A stretch of 48,478 nucleotides of DNA, from the sequence record OY757091.1; one strand, given 5' to 3'. The DNA comes from Klebsiella phage vB_Kpn_K17alpha61. Made by a program: the position numbers and the translations under genes. Shown one piece after another: positions 9,738 through 19,600 of the stretch. The notes below the pieces were generated by a model. That model was not told where the DNA came from and ran no database searches. It saw nothing but the letters and a program-made list of their open reading frames with translations. Numbering within the stretch: position 1 is the first letter of the stretch; every line of letters begins with the position of its first letter.

Positions 9738-10394
9738 ATGCATTTACCAAACGGTGCAAAGGTCTTCTTTGAGAAGGCTCGCGGTGCGGAGGTTCCGTTT
9801 ACCGCAATGACCAACGACGCGAAAAACCCAAAAATCACGGTGGGAGATGGTGCGCTCGACGTTAACGATATCGTAATCTTTACTGATTGCACCTGGAGCG
9901 ACTTTGTAAATAAAGTGGCCCGCGTAAAAGCAGTGACAGCAGGTGTGGCAACGCTTGAAGAGTTCGACACCTCCGACACTAACAAGTATCCGGGCGGAGC
10001 GGCCACTGGTAACGTTAGCGTGATCTCTGATTGGGTCGAATTGCCTTGCATTCAGGATTTAGGCAAAGACGGCAACGAACAGCAGTTCTATAACTATCAG
10101 TGCTTGAGCGATGAGCGCGAACAATCCGAACCTACTTACAAGTCGGCGGTGACGCTTAACTACACGTTTGCGCACGAGTACGATAACGCGATCTACCCGA
10201 TTTTGCGTTCAGCAGACGCCAGCAAGCAGGCGAAAGCGATGTACATGTATATCCCGCGAGCTTCCGAGGTTCGCTACTGGTCTGGAATTGCATCTTTCGA
10301 TGACATTCCATCCACAGCGGTTAACGAGATGGAGACGGTAACGCTTAACATTGCGCTTAAAGGCGCTCACGTCTTCCTTCCGGTTGTCGCGTAA
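9738..10394 (+). CDS. Major tail (tube) protein
   Basis: 218 aa; MHLPNGAKVFFEKARGAEVPFTAMTNDAKNP...; syntenic position. Confidence 0.8.
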   Translation: MHLPNGAKVFFEKARGAEVPFTAMTNDAKNPKITVGDGALDVNDIVIFTDCTWSDFVNKVARVKAVTAGVATLEEFDTSDTNKYPGGAATGNVSVISDWVELPCIQDLGKDGNEQQFYNYQCLSDEREQSEPTYKSAVTLNYTFAHEYDNAIYPILRSADASKQAKAMYMYIPRASEVRYWSGIASFDDIPSTAVNEMETVTLNIALKGAHVFLPVVA

Positions 10395-10399
10395 TTAAA

Positions 10400-10429
10400 T
10401 GGCGGGGCTTGTGCCTCGCCTTTTTTTTG
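10400..10429 (+). terminator. Rho-independent terminator after tail tube gene
   Basis: GGCGGGGCTTGTGCCTCGCC followed by eight T. Confidence 0.8.
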
Positions 10430-10437
10430 TGCATAAT
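10409..10437 (+). promoter_or_regulatory. Putative promoter embedded in the terminator
   Basis: TTGTGC (10409-10414), 17-bp spacer, CATAAT (10432-10437). Confidence 0.4.
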
Positions 10438-10471
10438 AGCGAATAACACAAACCAATCAGGAGTTAACAAG

Positions 10472-10798
10472 ATGGCTAAGTTCAAAATTCAAATCGGCGG
10501 CAATCTCCCTTCTTTCAAATTGCCAGTAACCTTTACTTGCCCGGACGGCAAAGAAGCCACCATCACCATGACCGTAAAACATCGCTCCACCGATGAGATG
10601 AAAGACTTTTATGAGAGCGAAGATAAAGCGCCAAAGGGTAACGCCGAGTTTATCCGCTTTATGGCCGAAGGCTGGGATCTTGATGATGAGTTCAGCGACG
10701 AAAACATTTCATGGCTTTGCTCACACTTCCCGGCGTTTGTCATGGCACTGCCACAAAATTACATGGCCGCGCTTGCGGGCCACCGTGCAAAAGTTTAA
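10472..10798 (+). CDS. Tail assembly chaperone (gpG-like)
   Basis: MAKFKIQIGGNLPSFKLPVTFTCPDGKEATI...; CAGGAG upstream of ATG 10472. Confidence 0.75.
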   Translation: MAKFKIQIGGNLPSFKLPVTFTCPDGKEATITMTVKHRSTDEMKDFYESEDKAPKGNAEFIRFMAEGWDLDDEFSDENISWLCSHFPAFVMALPQNYMAALAGHRAKV

Positions 10799-11112
10799 GG
10801 CGGGCTGTTTATCTCACGCTTCAGCCTGAGCTAACCGATCGCCAGCTTGCCGAGTACGGGTTAAGGCGATCGGATTATGAAGCAGATCTTGAAACGATCT
10901 ATTTTGATGAACAGACCGCCCAAAGCTGGCAGCTATTCCAGGCCATGCAAACGCAGTGGCGAATCGGGATGAATGGCCCGACGGGGCTTGACTATAATAC
11001 GTTGCCTCTGCTGTTCGATTTGTATAAAATCGACAATCGAGAAGCGGCATTACTTGACTTGCAAATCCTGGAGGGTGAATACCTGAAGGAGATTTACAAG
11101 AAATCAAAATAA
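10690..11112 (+). CDS. Tail assembly chaperone distal segment (gpT/DUF1799-like), probably made by frameshifting
   Basis: -1-frame open region from 10690; AVYLTLQPELTDRQLAEYGLRRSDYEADLETIYF. No usable start or SD near the conserved region. Confidence 0.6.
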   Translation, partial: VQRRKHFMALLTLPGVCHGTATKLHGRACGPPCKSLRRAVYLTLQPELTDRQLAEYGLRRSDYEADLETIYFDEQTAQSWQLFQAMQTQWRIGMNGPTGLDYNTLPLLFDLYKIDNREAALLDLQILEGEYLKEIYKKSK

Positions 11113-11135
11113 GCGCCTACGGGCGCTTTTTTCAT
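11113..11135 (+). terminator. Rho-independent terminator before tape measure
   Basis: GCGCCTACGGGCGCTTTTTT. Confidence 0.8.
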
Positions 11136-11148
11136 ATGGGGGCTAAAC

Positions 11149-14118
11149 ATGGCTGATAAAGTAGCTGGGTTGACGTTTGGCGTTGACGTTTCGCAGGTTG
11201 ATAAAGCGGTACGATCACTCGCAGAACTGAAAAACCAAAGCCAGCAAACGGGCGCTGGCCTACAGTCACTTGCGGACGCTGAAAGGCGGGCCACGGCGCA
11301 GACCGAAGAAATGAACCGCGCGTTGCAGCGGCAGAAGCAAGAGACAGACAAATCAAAAACCAGCTTTAGCAGGATCGCAAGCGCCATCGATCCCACGATC
11401 TCAAAAATGGCCAACTTGCGCAAAGCTACAGAAGAACTTGATAAGGCCTGGGCTTTGGGGCTTGTTCCAGATAAGGAATTTTTCCGCCTGGGTGCTATCA
11501 TCGAATCTACTACCAACCAACTCCGGCGGCAGCAGGCGGCGCTAACCGAAGAAGGTCGCGCAGCAATCGCAGAGGCGGAGGCAAAGCATAAGGCGGCAAA
11601 CGCCGGGCGTGATTTTGTCGCCAGTCTGAAACAGCAGGCTGACTCCATCGGGAAAACACGCGCCGAACTGCTGGAAATGAAGGCAGCGCAATTGGGCGTG
11701 TCGGCAGAAGCGGCCCCGTTCATTAATGCCCTGAAGCAGCAAGAGCAGGCGTTAAAGAAACAGCAAAACGCTATGGGCCTGGCTGGCATTTCTGCCGGGC
11801 AATATAAAATGGCCATGCGCCAGTTACCGATGCAGATCACTGACATTGTAACGTCGCTCGCTTCAGGTATGCCAATCTGGCTGGTTGCGGTGCAGCAGGG
11901 CGGGCAAATCAAGGATAGCTTCGGCGGCTTGAGCAATACGTTTAAGGTGTTGTTGAGCTACATCAACCCGCTAACGGTTGGTGCTGCGTCGTTGGGTATC
12001 GCCCTGGCGGCAATCGCTAAAGCTGGTTATGACTCCTGGCGTGCGCAACGAGAACTGGCTAATGCGCTGGTGCTGACTGGTGGCTATGCTGCGACCACCA
12101 CCGGGCAGATCACAGCCTTAACCGAAGAGATTAACAAAAACTCATCGGCCACGATTGGCAGCATTCAGGAAATCGCAACATCGCTCGCCAGTTCTGGTAA
12201 GTACACCATTAACCAGATTAAGCAGATCACGAAGACTACGGCGGAATGGTCGGCGCAGACGGGTGAGAGCGAGAAGACGATCACAGGGTATTTTGATGCC
12301 ATCGTAAAAGACCCTGTTAAGGGGCTTGCCGAACTGAATGATCAGTTTAATTTCCTGAAGGAAGGGCAGTTAACCTACATCGAATCTTTGCGAAAAACCA
12401 AAGGTGAGACGGCAGCAGCGGAAGCGGCAACAAAACTCTTTGCTGACACGATGGATAAACGCCTTAAAGATATCGCGGAAAGCGCAACGCCACTCGAAAC
12501 GATGTGGATGGATATTAAAAAGTGGGCGGCTGACTCATGGAAGTGGGTAGGCGATCACACGGTAGGGGCGCTAAACCTTATCGTTGACACGGTTTCCGCA
12601 ATCATCAACACGATCAGGAAGCTGATTGCCGACGGCGACGCCATGATCGCGCAGTTCATCGTTGACGCTGGCCGACAGCTACAGAAAATTCCCGGCATGG
12701 GAGACTTCGGGAATGACTTTCTGGCGCAGCAGGAACAGTTAATCAAGGACTCGAAAGCCAAATCCGCAGAGCTTGCAAAAACCATCGCGGAGCAGCAAGC
12801 AAGGATCGCTAAAGGAGAGATGGGGTACATTGACGCCGCGAAGGATAAAACCATTTCCGGTGGGTACAGCAGCAAAACGAAGGATCGCGTAAATCAGGAA
12901 GAAAAAGATATCCTGAAAAACCGCAACGCAAGGAAGCAGCAGGTAGACGCTGGCGTTAAAATTGATGAGCAGTATCAGGCTGAACTGCTATCGCTACAGG
13001 CGCAGCTAAAGGTTTTGCAGCAGCACAAAGGGCTTGACGACAAGATCAGCCAGCAGCGCAAAGACTACTTCGAGACGGTCGCCAAATTCCAGGTTTTGGA
13101 AGAGGCAAGCCAGAAGCGAAAACTGACCCAAAGCGAACAGCAGATGCTGGCGAACAAAAAGAATATCCTGTACATGGCGGAACAAAAGGCCATCGTGGGA
13201 GATCAGATTGTTCAGCAGCAGCGACTGAACGCCTTGCTTGACAAGTCTACCAAGTATCAAAACCAGATGGCGGAGAAAACCAAAGCGCTACAGGATACCG
13301 CCGGAATGGGTAGCAAGGAGCAGGAGAGATACCGGGCCAATGCGCAGATGGCGGCTGACTGGAAAAACAGCGGCGGATCTTTAAGTGACCCTGGATTTAA
13401 AGCCATGCAGGATGCAAGCAATAAATTCTACGCACAGCAAGATGCGCAAATGATGAACTGGAAGGCCGGGTTTACTCACGCGTGGGCTGACATTGGCGAC
13501 GAAGTTAATGACGTATACACCAACATCGGGGATATTACTAAAAACGCATTTAGCGGAATGGCGAGCGTGCTGACTGATTTTGTCATGACTGGTAAGGCCA
13601 GCTTTAGCGACTTTGCAAAGAGCGTGATCACTGACATTACCAACATGCTTATCAAGATGGCGCTGTTTAACTCGCTTTCTGCTGCGTTTGGTGGTGGTGG
13701 CGGCACGTTCAGCTTCGCCAACATGTTCAGCAAGGGATTTTCCGGCGGTGGTTACACTGGCGACGGCGGTAAGTATGAGCCAAAAGGCGTTGTTCACGGC
13801 GGGGAATTCGTGTTCACGAAGGAGGCGACGCAAAGGTTAGGCCCGGAAAACCTGTACCGACTAATGCGCGGCTATGCAAGTGGCGGCCTGGTTGGCGGTA
13901 ACGCAAGTTCAGGATCTGGAATCACCAACGGCGGCAACGTTGCGGCATCGGCGGCGATGGTGTTCACCATCGGTGACATTAACATCACGATGGGTTCCGG
14001 TCAGGATAGTAAGGGGATGGAGCAGGGCGTAAGGCAGATCGTGAACGATATGTTCACCGAGGCTTTGAGCCAAAACGGGCGCATTGCGAAGTTCGTCAAT
14101 GAGAAAACGAGGAGGTAG
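11149..14118 (+). CDS. Tail tape measure protein
   Basis: 989 aa, [17 protein letters not shown] start, [47 protein letters not shown]...[35 protein letters not shown]. Confidence 0.95.
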   Translation: [989 protein letters not shown]

Positions 14119-14120
14119 TA

Positions 14121-14465
14121 GTGGATTCCTTTAAATGGTGTACACAAATCCAAGGAGGGGCGGCAAAGGTCGCCATCTCCAACAACATTCGATCGATTGT
14201 TTTCGGAAACGGCTACATCCAAACGGCATCGAGCGGAATTAACACGAAGCGCAGGACGGTTCCGATCGTTTATGGCGGTTCAGATTGGGAGGAGGTTTAT
14301 AACTTCTGTCAGGATCACGTAACAAAGCCTTTTGTGTGGAAGGCACCGGATGGAAGAATGGGCGTATTCGTCGTAACTGCCGACTCCGTTAACCTTGCGC
14401 CGCAGGGTGGCGGGGTGTTTGAGGTAACGGCTGAATTCGCCGAACGCTTCACTTCAGCCGGATAA
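14121..14465 (+). CDS. Minor tail protein M-like
   Basis: 114 aa; FGNGYIQTASSGINTKRRTVPIVYGG; syntenic between tape measure and L-like. Confidence 0.85.
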   Translation: MDSFKWCTQIQGGAAKVAISNNIRSIVFGNGYIQTASSGINTKRRTVPIVYGGSDWEEVYNFCQDHVTKPFVWKAPDGRMGVFVVTADSVNLAPQGGGVFEVTAEFAERFTSAG

Positions 14466-14469
14466 TCAA

Positions 14470-14499
14470 AAAGCGCCCTTTACGGGTGCTTTTTTTTGG
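14470..14499 (+). terminator. Rho-independent terminator after M-like gene
   Basis: AAGCGCCCTTTACGGGTGCTTTTTTTT. Confidence 0.75.
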
Positions 14500-14534
14500 C
14501 CTATGATCTGGAGTCAATTAGAGGAGGGCTTACG

Positions 14535-15287
14535 ATGACAGCCAATGTTTCAAAAGAGTTTGCGAACTGCTTACAAAAACTTTTCCCCGGCGAGATCCTA
14601 ACGCTGATCGATATCGACGCCACAAAGTTCGGCGGGCAGGTCTACCGATTCCATAACGAGAATATCGCCTACTCAACCGAAGAACTTTTGGCGGCGGTTA
14701 ACGGCGGCACGCTGACACCGAAGGCGATCACGTTTCGCGGCGAGCAATACGGCCCGCGCCCGTTCGGGATCGGCGGGATTGCGATGTCAAGTGACGGCAC
14801 GGTAGAAAAGCCAACGCTGACGGTTAGCAATATTGATGCGCAAGCGAGTGCTCTTATTCGCGCCTACAACGGCCTCATGCAAGCGAAAGTTACGGTATGG
14901 GTTTTGGTTAAGGATTTGCTGAAAGAAGATGGTAGCGTAGCTGATGGCGATTTTCGGCGGTTCGTTTACTATATCGAAAGACCTAAACAGGTTGACCCGC
15001 AGAAGGCCACGTTTGAGCTAACATCCGTCTTCGATATGGATGGCTTGATGATTCCGGCCCGACAGACTCAAACCGTTTGTTATTGGGCGCAACGCGGCTG
15101 GTACAAAACCGGGAAGGGATGCAGTTACAACGGGCAAAACGGATACTTTGACAAATACGGGAATAGGGTAGATGATCCCAGCCAGGATGTTTGCGGTGGC
15201 CTTGTTTCGTCGTGCAGATTGCGATTCGGAAATGAGGCTTTGGATTTTGGCGGTTGCGCTACTGCAACCTTGAAAAGCGGACGGTAA
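14535..15287 (+). CDS. Minor tail protein L-like
   Basis: Fe-S-type Cys pattern TVCYWAQRGWYKTGKGCSYN...DVCGGLVSSCRLRF; ATG 14535 preceded by GAGGAGGG. Confidence 0.88.
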   Translation: MTANVSKEFANCLQKLFPGEILTLIDIDATKFGGQVYRFHNENIAYSTEELLAAVNGGTLTPKAITFRGEQYGPRPFGIGGIAMSSDGTVEKPTLTVSNIDAQASALIRAYNGLMQAKVTVWVLVKDLLKEDGSVADGDFRRFVYYIERPKQVDPQKATFELTSVFDMDGLMIPARQTQTVCYWAQRGWYKTGKGCSYNGQNGYFDKYGNRVDDPSQDVCGGLVSSCRLRFGNEALDFGGCATATLKSGR

Positions 15288-15288
15288 T

Positions 15289-16026
15289 ATGTTAACTCCA
15301 AAAATCAAAATGCAGATCATGCAGCATGCGAAGGAAGTTTACCCGCATGAGTGCGCAGGGCTGGTAACGCAGAAATCACGCGTGCAGAAATATCACCGAC
15401 TCGATAACGTTTCGCCGGATCCTGAGAACGAATCAATGCCGGACGAAACACAGTACGCGCTGGCGTCACTGGAAGGTGAGCCGATCGCCTTCGTTCACTC
15501 CCACACTGGCGACGGGGCAACCACCGTTCCGAGCGCCACAGATTTATGCTTCTGTGATGAATCTGGCTTGTCGTGGGTTATCGTGTCGATTCCAGAAGGT
15601 GATATGCGGATTATCGAACCGAAGCGCAGGCCGCTGATTGGTCGACCTTGGGCTTTGGGCGCGTATGATTGCTACGGACTGGTGATGGATTTTCACAAGC
15701 GCCACGGCGTCACGCTGACTGACCGACGACTGCCGTTCGAATGGTGGAAGCCGGAATACAAAGAGGATCTTTACCGCGACTACTGGCGCGAAGATGGATT
15801 CATCGAAAACACTGGCGATCCCGAAGTAGGCGATATGATTATCTTCCAGCTTCAGGCGGAAAAGTGGAACCACGCTGGGATTTACGTTGGAAACAATAAT
15901 ATCCTTCACCACGCCTTCGGCAAGCTATCTCGCCGGGATATCTATTCCGGGTGGTATGAACAACACAAGGTTTTAATTTGCAGACATAAGGATCTTAAAC
16001 ATGGCATCACATACAAAGATGATTAA
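15289..16026 (+). CDS. Tail tip assembly protein K-like (Mov34/JAMM + NlpC/P60)
   Basis: HPHECAGLVTQK...FVHSHTGDG (JAMM-like HSH) plus GAYDCYGLVMDFHK (NlpC/P60 Cys) and WNHAGIYVGNNNILHH. Confidence 0.9.
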   Translation: MLTPKIKMQIMQHAKEVYPHECAGLVTQKSRVQKYHRLDNVSPDPENESMPDETQYALASLEGEPIAFVHSHTGDGATTVPSATDLCFCDESGLSWVIVSIPEGDMRIIEPKRRPLIGRPWALGAYDCYGLVMDFHKRHGVTLTDRRLPFEWWKPEYKEDLYRDYWREDGFIENTGDPEVGDMIIFQLQAEKWNHAGIYVGNNNILHHAFGKLSRRDIYSGWYEQHKVLICRHKDLKHGITYKDD

Positions 16027-16603
16027 ACTTTCCGGCTCACTTGGGCGTCGGTTCGGTGTCTTCCATAACCTCGCAGTCGATTCAGTCGGCGAATGCATTC
16101 GGGCGCTATCCTACCAGGTGGAAGGGTTTAAAGCCTTCATGCAGAGCAAGGTTGGTTCTAACATGCGCTTTGGTATCGTCGCGGACGGAAAACCAATCAG
16201 CACGAATGACTTTGCAACGTTCGCTGTAGCGAAGGAGATCCGAATCATCCCCATCCCGAAGGCCAGAAAGAACGGCGGATTGTTGCAGATCGTTATCGGT
16301 GCTGCGATTATGGTTGCGGCCTTCTTCACTGGCGGTGCATCGCTGGCGGCAATGGGGGCGTTTTCATCGGCGGCGTTTATGGCTGGCGGCGCAATGGTCT
16401 TGGGTGGCGTAATGCAGATGATTGCACCGCAGATGGGCGGCAACATGCGAGCGAGCGAATCACCTGAAAATAAACCGTCGTATGCTTTCGGCGGGCCGAT
16501 TAACACCACGGCGGCGGGGTATCCAATCCAATTGCCATACGGATACAGATTGGCTGGAGGCGCATTGTTTGGTTCAGGATCTTACGCAGAAGACAACAAC
16601 TAA
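16001..16603 (+). CDS. Tail assembly protein I-like
   Basis: 200 aa; KLSGSLGRRFGVFHNLAVDSVGECIRALSYQVEGFKAFM and hydrophobic Gly/Ala segments. Confidence 0.85.
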   Translation: MASHTKMIKLSGSLGRRFGVFHNLAVDSVGECIRALSYQVEGFKAFMQSKVGSNMRFGIVADGKPISTNDFATFAVAKEIRIIPIPKARKNGGLLQIVIGAAIMVAAFFTGGASLAAMGAFSSAAFMAGGAMVLGGVMQMIAPQMGGNMRASESPENKPSYAFGGPINTTAAGYPIQLPYGYRLAGGALFGSGSYAEDNN

Positions 16604-16689
16604 TTAATCCATTCGCTTTTTGGCCTGGGGCATAGCCTCCGGGCCTTTTGTCGTGTACAATTACGAGACTATTAACAGGAGGCTAAACG

Positions 16690-19600
16690 ATGACTAATAT
16701 CAAGGCCCGTAAGGGTGGCTCAAGTTCTCCGCGTACTCCGGTAGAAATGCCAGATAACCTGATCTCAAAAGATAAGGTTAAATTATTGCTTGCTGTTTCT
16801 GATGGTGAAGTGGTTAACGACTTCAGCATGAAGCAGTTGCATTTTGGCGGCGTCCCGGTTCAGAACGAGGATGGAACATTCAACTATGAGGGCGTGATTG
16901 CAGAGTTCCGCCCCGGCACGCAAACGCAGGACTACATTCAGGGCTTCAGCGAGTCAAGTGCTGAATTCCAGGTTGCTCGTGAAGTAACTCACAACACGCC
17001 TTATACGCTTACCGTATCGAACAAAAATCTTTCTGCTATTCGCTTTCGCCTGTTATGGCCGCGCGTGCTGACTCAAAAAGATAACGGCGATATGGTCGGA
17101 TCGGTTGTTGAGTACAAGATCGAGATGGCGGTAGATGGTGCAAGTTATCAGACCTACCTAACTGGCAAGATTGACGGTAAGAACACTACTGGCGGTTACG
17201 ATCGGAGCATTCGCGTTAACCTGCCGCAAAACTTCACGTCGCAGGTTCTTATCCGCGTGAGCCGGGTAACGCCGGACGCTGACGGGGTGAAGGTTGTCGA
17301 TGCCTTCCAGGTTCAATCCTACGCTGAGGTCATTGATGCAAAATTCCGCTACCCGTTAACGGCCATGCTTTACGTTGAGTTCGATAGCGATCTGTTCCAG
17401 AACCAGATTCCCACTATCTCACTCAAAAAGAAATGGAAGATTATCCAGGTTCCGAGAAATTACGATCCCATTAATCGCACGTACTCCGGAACGTGGGACG
17501 GAACATTCAAGTGGGCGTGGAGCAATAACCCGGCGTGGGTGCTTTATGACCTGATCATGAATCAGCGCTATGGTTTAGACCAGCGCGAACTTGGCATCCC
17601 GGTTGATAAGTGGTCGCTGTATGAGGTGGCGCAATACTGTGATGAGCTTGTGCCGGACAATCTCGGCGGGATGGAACCGCGCTATTTGATGGATGTAGTT
17701 GTTCAGTCGCAGGTTGAGGCGTTCCAGTTGGTAAGGGATATTTGTTCCGCGTTCCGTGGAATGACGTTCTACAACGGTGAAAGCCTATCGATTATCGTCG
17801 ATAAGCCGCGCGATCCGGTGTACCTGTTTACGGCTGATAACGTCGTTGACGGCGTTTTCGTTCGGACGTTCCCAAGCGAAAAGACGATGTACACGTCGTG
17901 CAACGTCATGTTCGACGACGAAGAAAACCAGTACGAACAGGATGTTGAACCAGTATTCAACCCTGACGCAGCCATGAGATTTGGCCACAACCCAACGAGC
18001 ATTACAGCGATCGGGTGCACAAGAAGGACGGAGGCGAACCGCCGTGGGCGCTGGATTCTGCAAACGAACCTAAGCGCTACGACCGTTTCGTTTTCTACTG
18101 GCCTGGAAGGCATGATCCCGTCATGCGGCGACGTAATTTACATTGCAGATCCGCACTGGCAATCGGCGTTTAACCTGGTGCTGTCTGGTCGTATTATGGA
18201 AGTGTCAGGCGTTCAGGTGTTCCTTGCCTACCGTTGCGACGCGAAGGCGGGCGATACTCTGATTCTGAACACTGACGACGGCAAGCCTGTGCGCCGAACA
18301 ATCGCCAGCGTTTCGGCTGACGGTAAAACCCTAACGCTAAACGTGGGATATAACTTCGACGTTGCGCCGGACAGTGTATTCCTGATCGAGAGCGATCAGC
18401 TTGCAGCGGAACAGTATGTAGTAACCCGGATTGAAAAAGGTAGTGATGACGACGAATTCACCTTTGCCATCACGGCTACGCAGTATGACCCGAACAAGTA
18501 TGACGCGATCGACAACGGGGTAATTACCGATGGACGACCAACTTCGGTTGTAGACCCGGATTCAATGGGCGCTCCGAAAGACTTAACGATTAGCTCGTTT
18601 TCTCGCATTGTTCAGGGAATGAGCGTCGAGACGATGGTGATCGGTTGGTCTGCCGTGCAGTATGCCAAACTGTACGAGGTACAATGGCGCAAGGATGGCG
18701 GAAACTGGAACAACGTGCCGCGCACAGCGACAACGCAGGTTGATATTGAGGGGATTTATGCTGGCGAATACCAGGCGCGCGTAAGGTGCATTAGCGGCGG
18801 CAATATCGCGTCTCCGTGGTCTGCTTTGGCTAGTGCATCGCTGACCGGGAAAATCGGAGCGCCGAAAGGGCCAATTAACCTTTTCGCGTCGGATAATGAA
18901 ATCTTTGGGATTCGCGTTAAGTGGGCCATGCCTGAAGGCGCAGAGGATACGGCATACATTGAGCTTTACCAGTCGCAAAGCGGAACCGATCAGGATGCAA
19001 GCCTGCTTACTCTGATTCCTTACCCGGCGGCTGAATACTGGCACTCAATTTTGCCCGCTGGCTATGTGAACTGGTACAAGGCGCGAAGCGTAGACCGTAT
19101 CGGCAACGTTTCAGCGTGGACTGATTACGCTCGCGGCATGTCGTCTACTGACGTTAACGCCATTACGGATACGATCCTGGATGAAATCCTGGACAGCGAC
19201 GCGATGAAGGAGCTTCAGGAGAGTGCGCAGGATAGCGCGGCAAAACTCAATGAATACGCGAACAGTATCATTCAAAACGCATTAGCGAATGATGGCGATG
19301 TTAGAATAATGAGAAAGGAGAATGGCAAGAGGAAAGCTGAAATTAAACATGCAGAAGTTCTCATCGCAAATGAGACGGAAGCCAGGGTGCAGCAGGTTAA
19401 CCAGATCTCGGCAGAGTTCAACGAAAACCTAAATGCTGGATTAACTCAAGTTAACGAGGCACTAGCCAATGAAACTGAGGCTCGCGTTACGTCTGAAGAG
19501 GCGCTTTCAGCAAGGATCGGAGAGAACTCCGCAGCGCTAGATCAGAAACTCGACTCATGGGCTGACGTTAATGGAGTTGGCTCCATGTATACAATGAAGT

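Noticed and set aside
11094-11936. 280-aa minus-strand ORF
   Set aside because: Shadow ORF opposite the tape measure gene with no SD context and unnatural Cys/Ser-rich composition.
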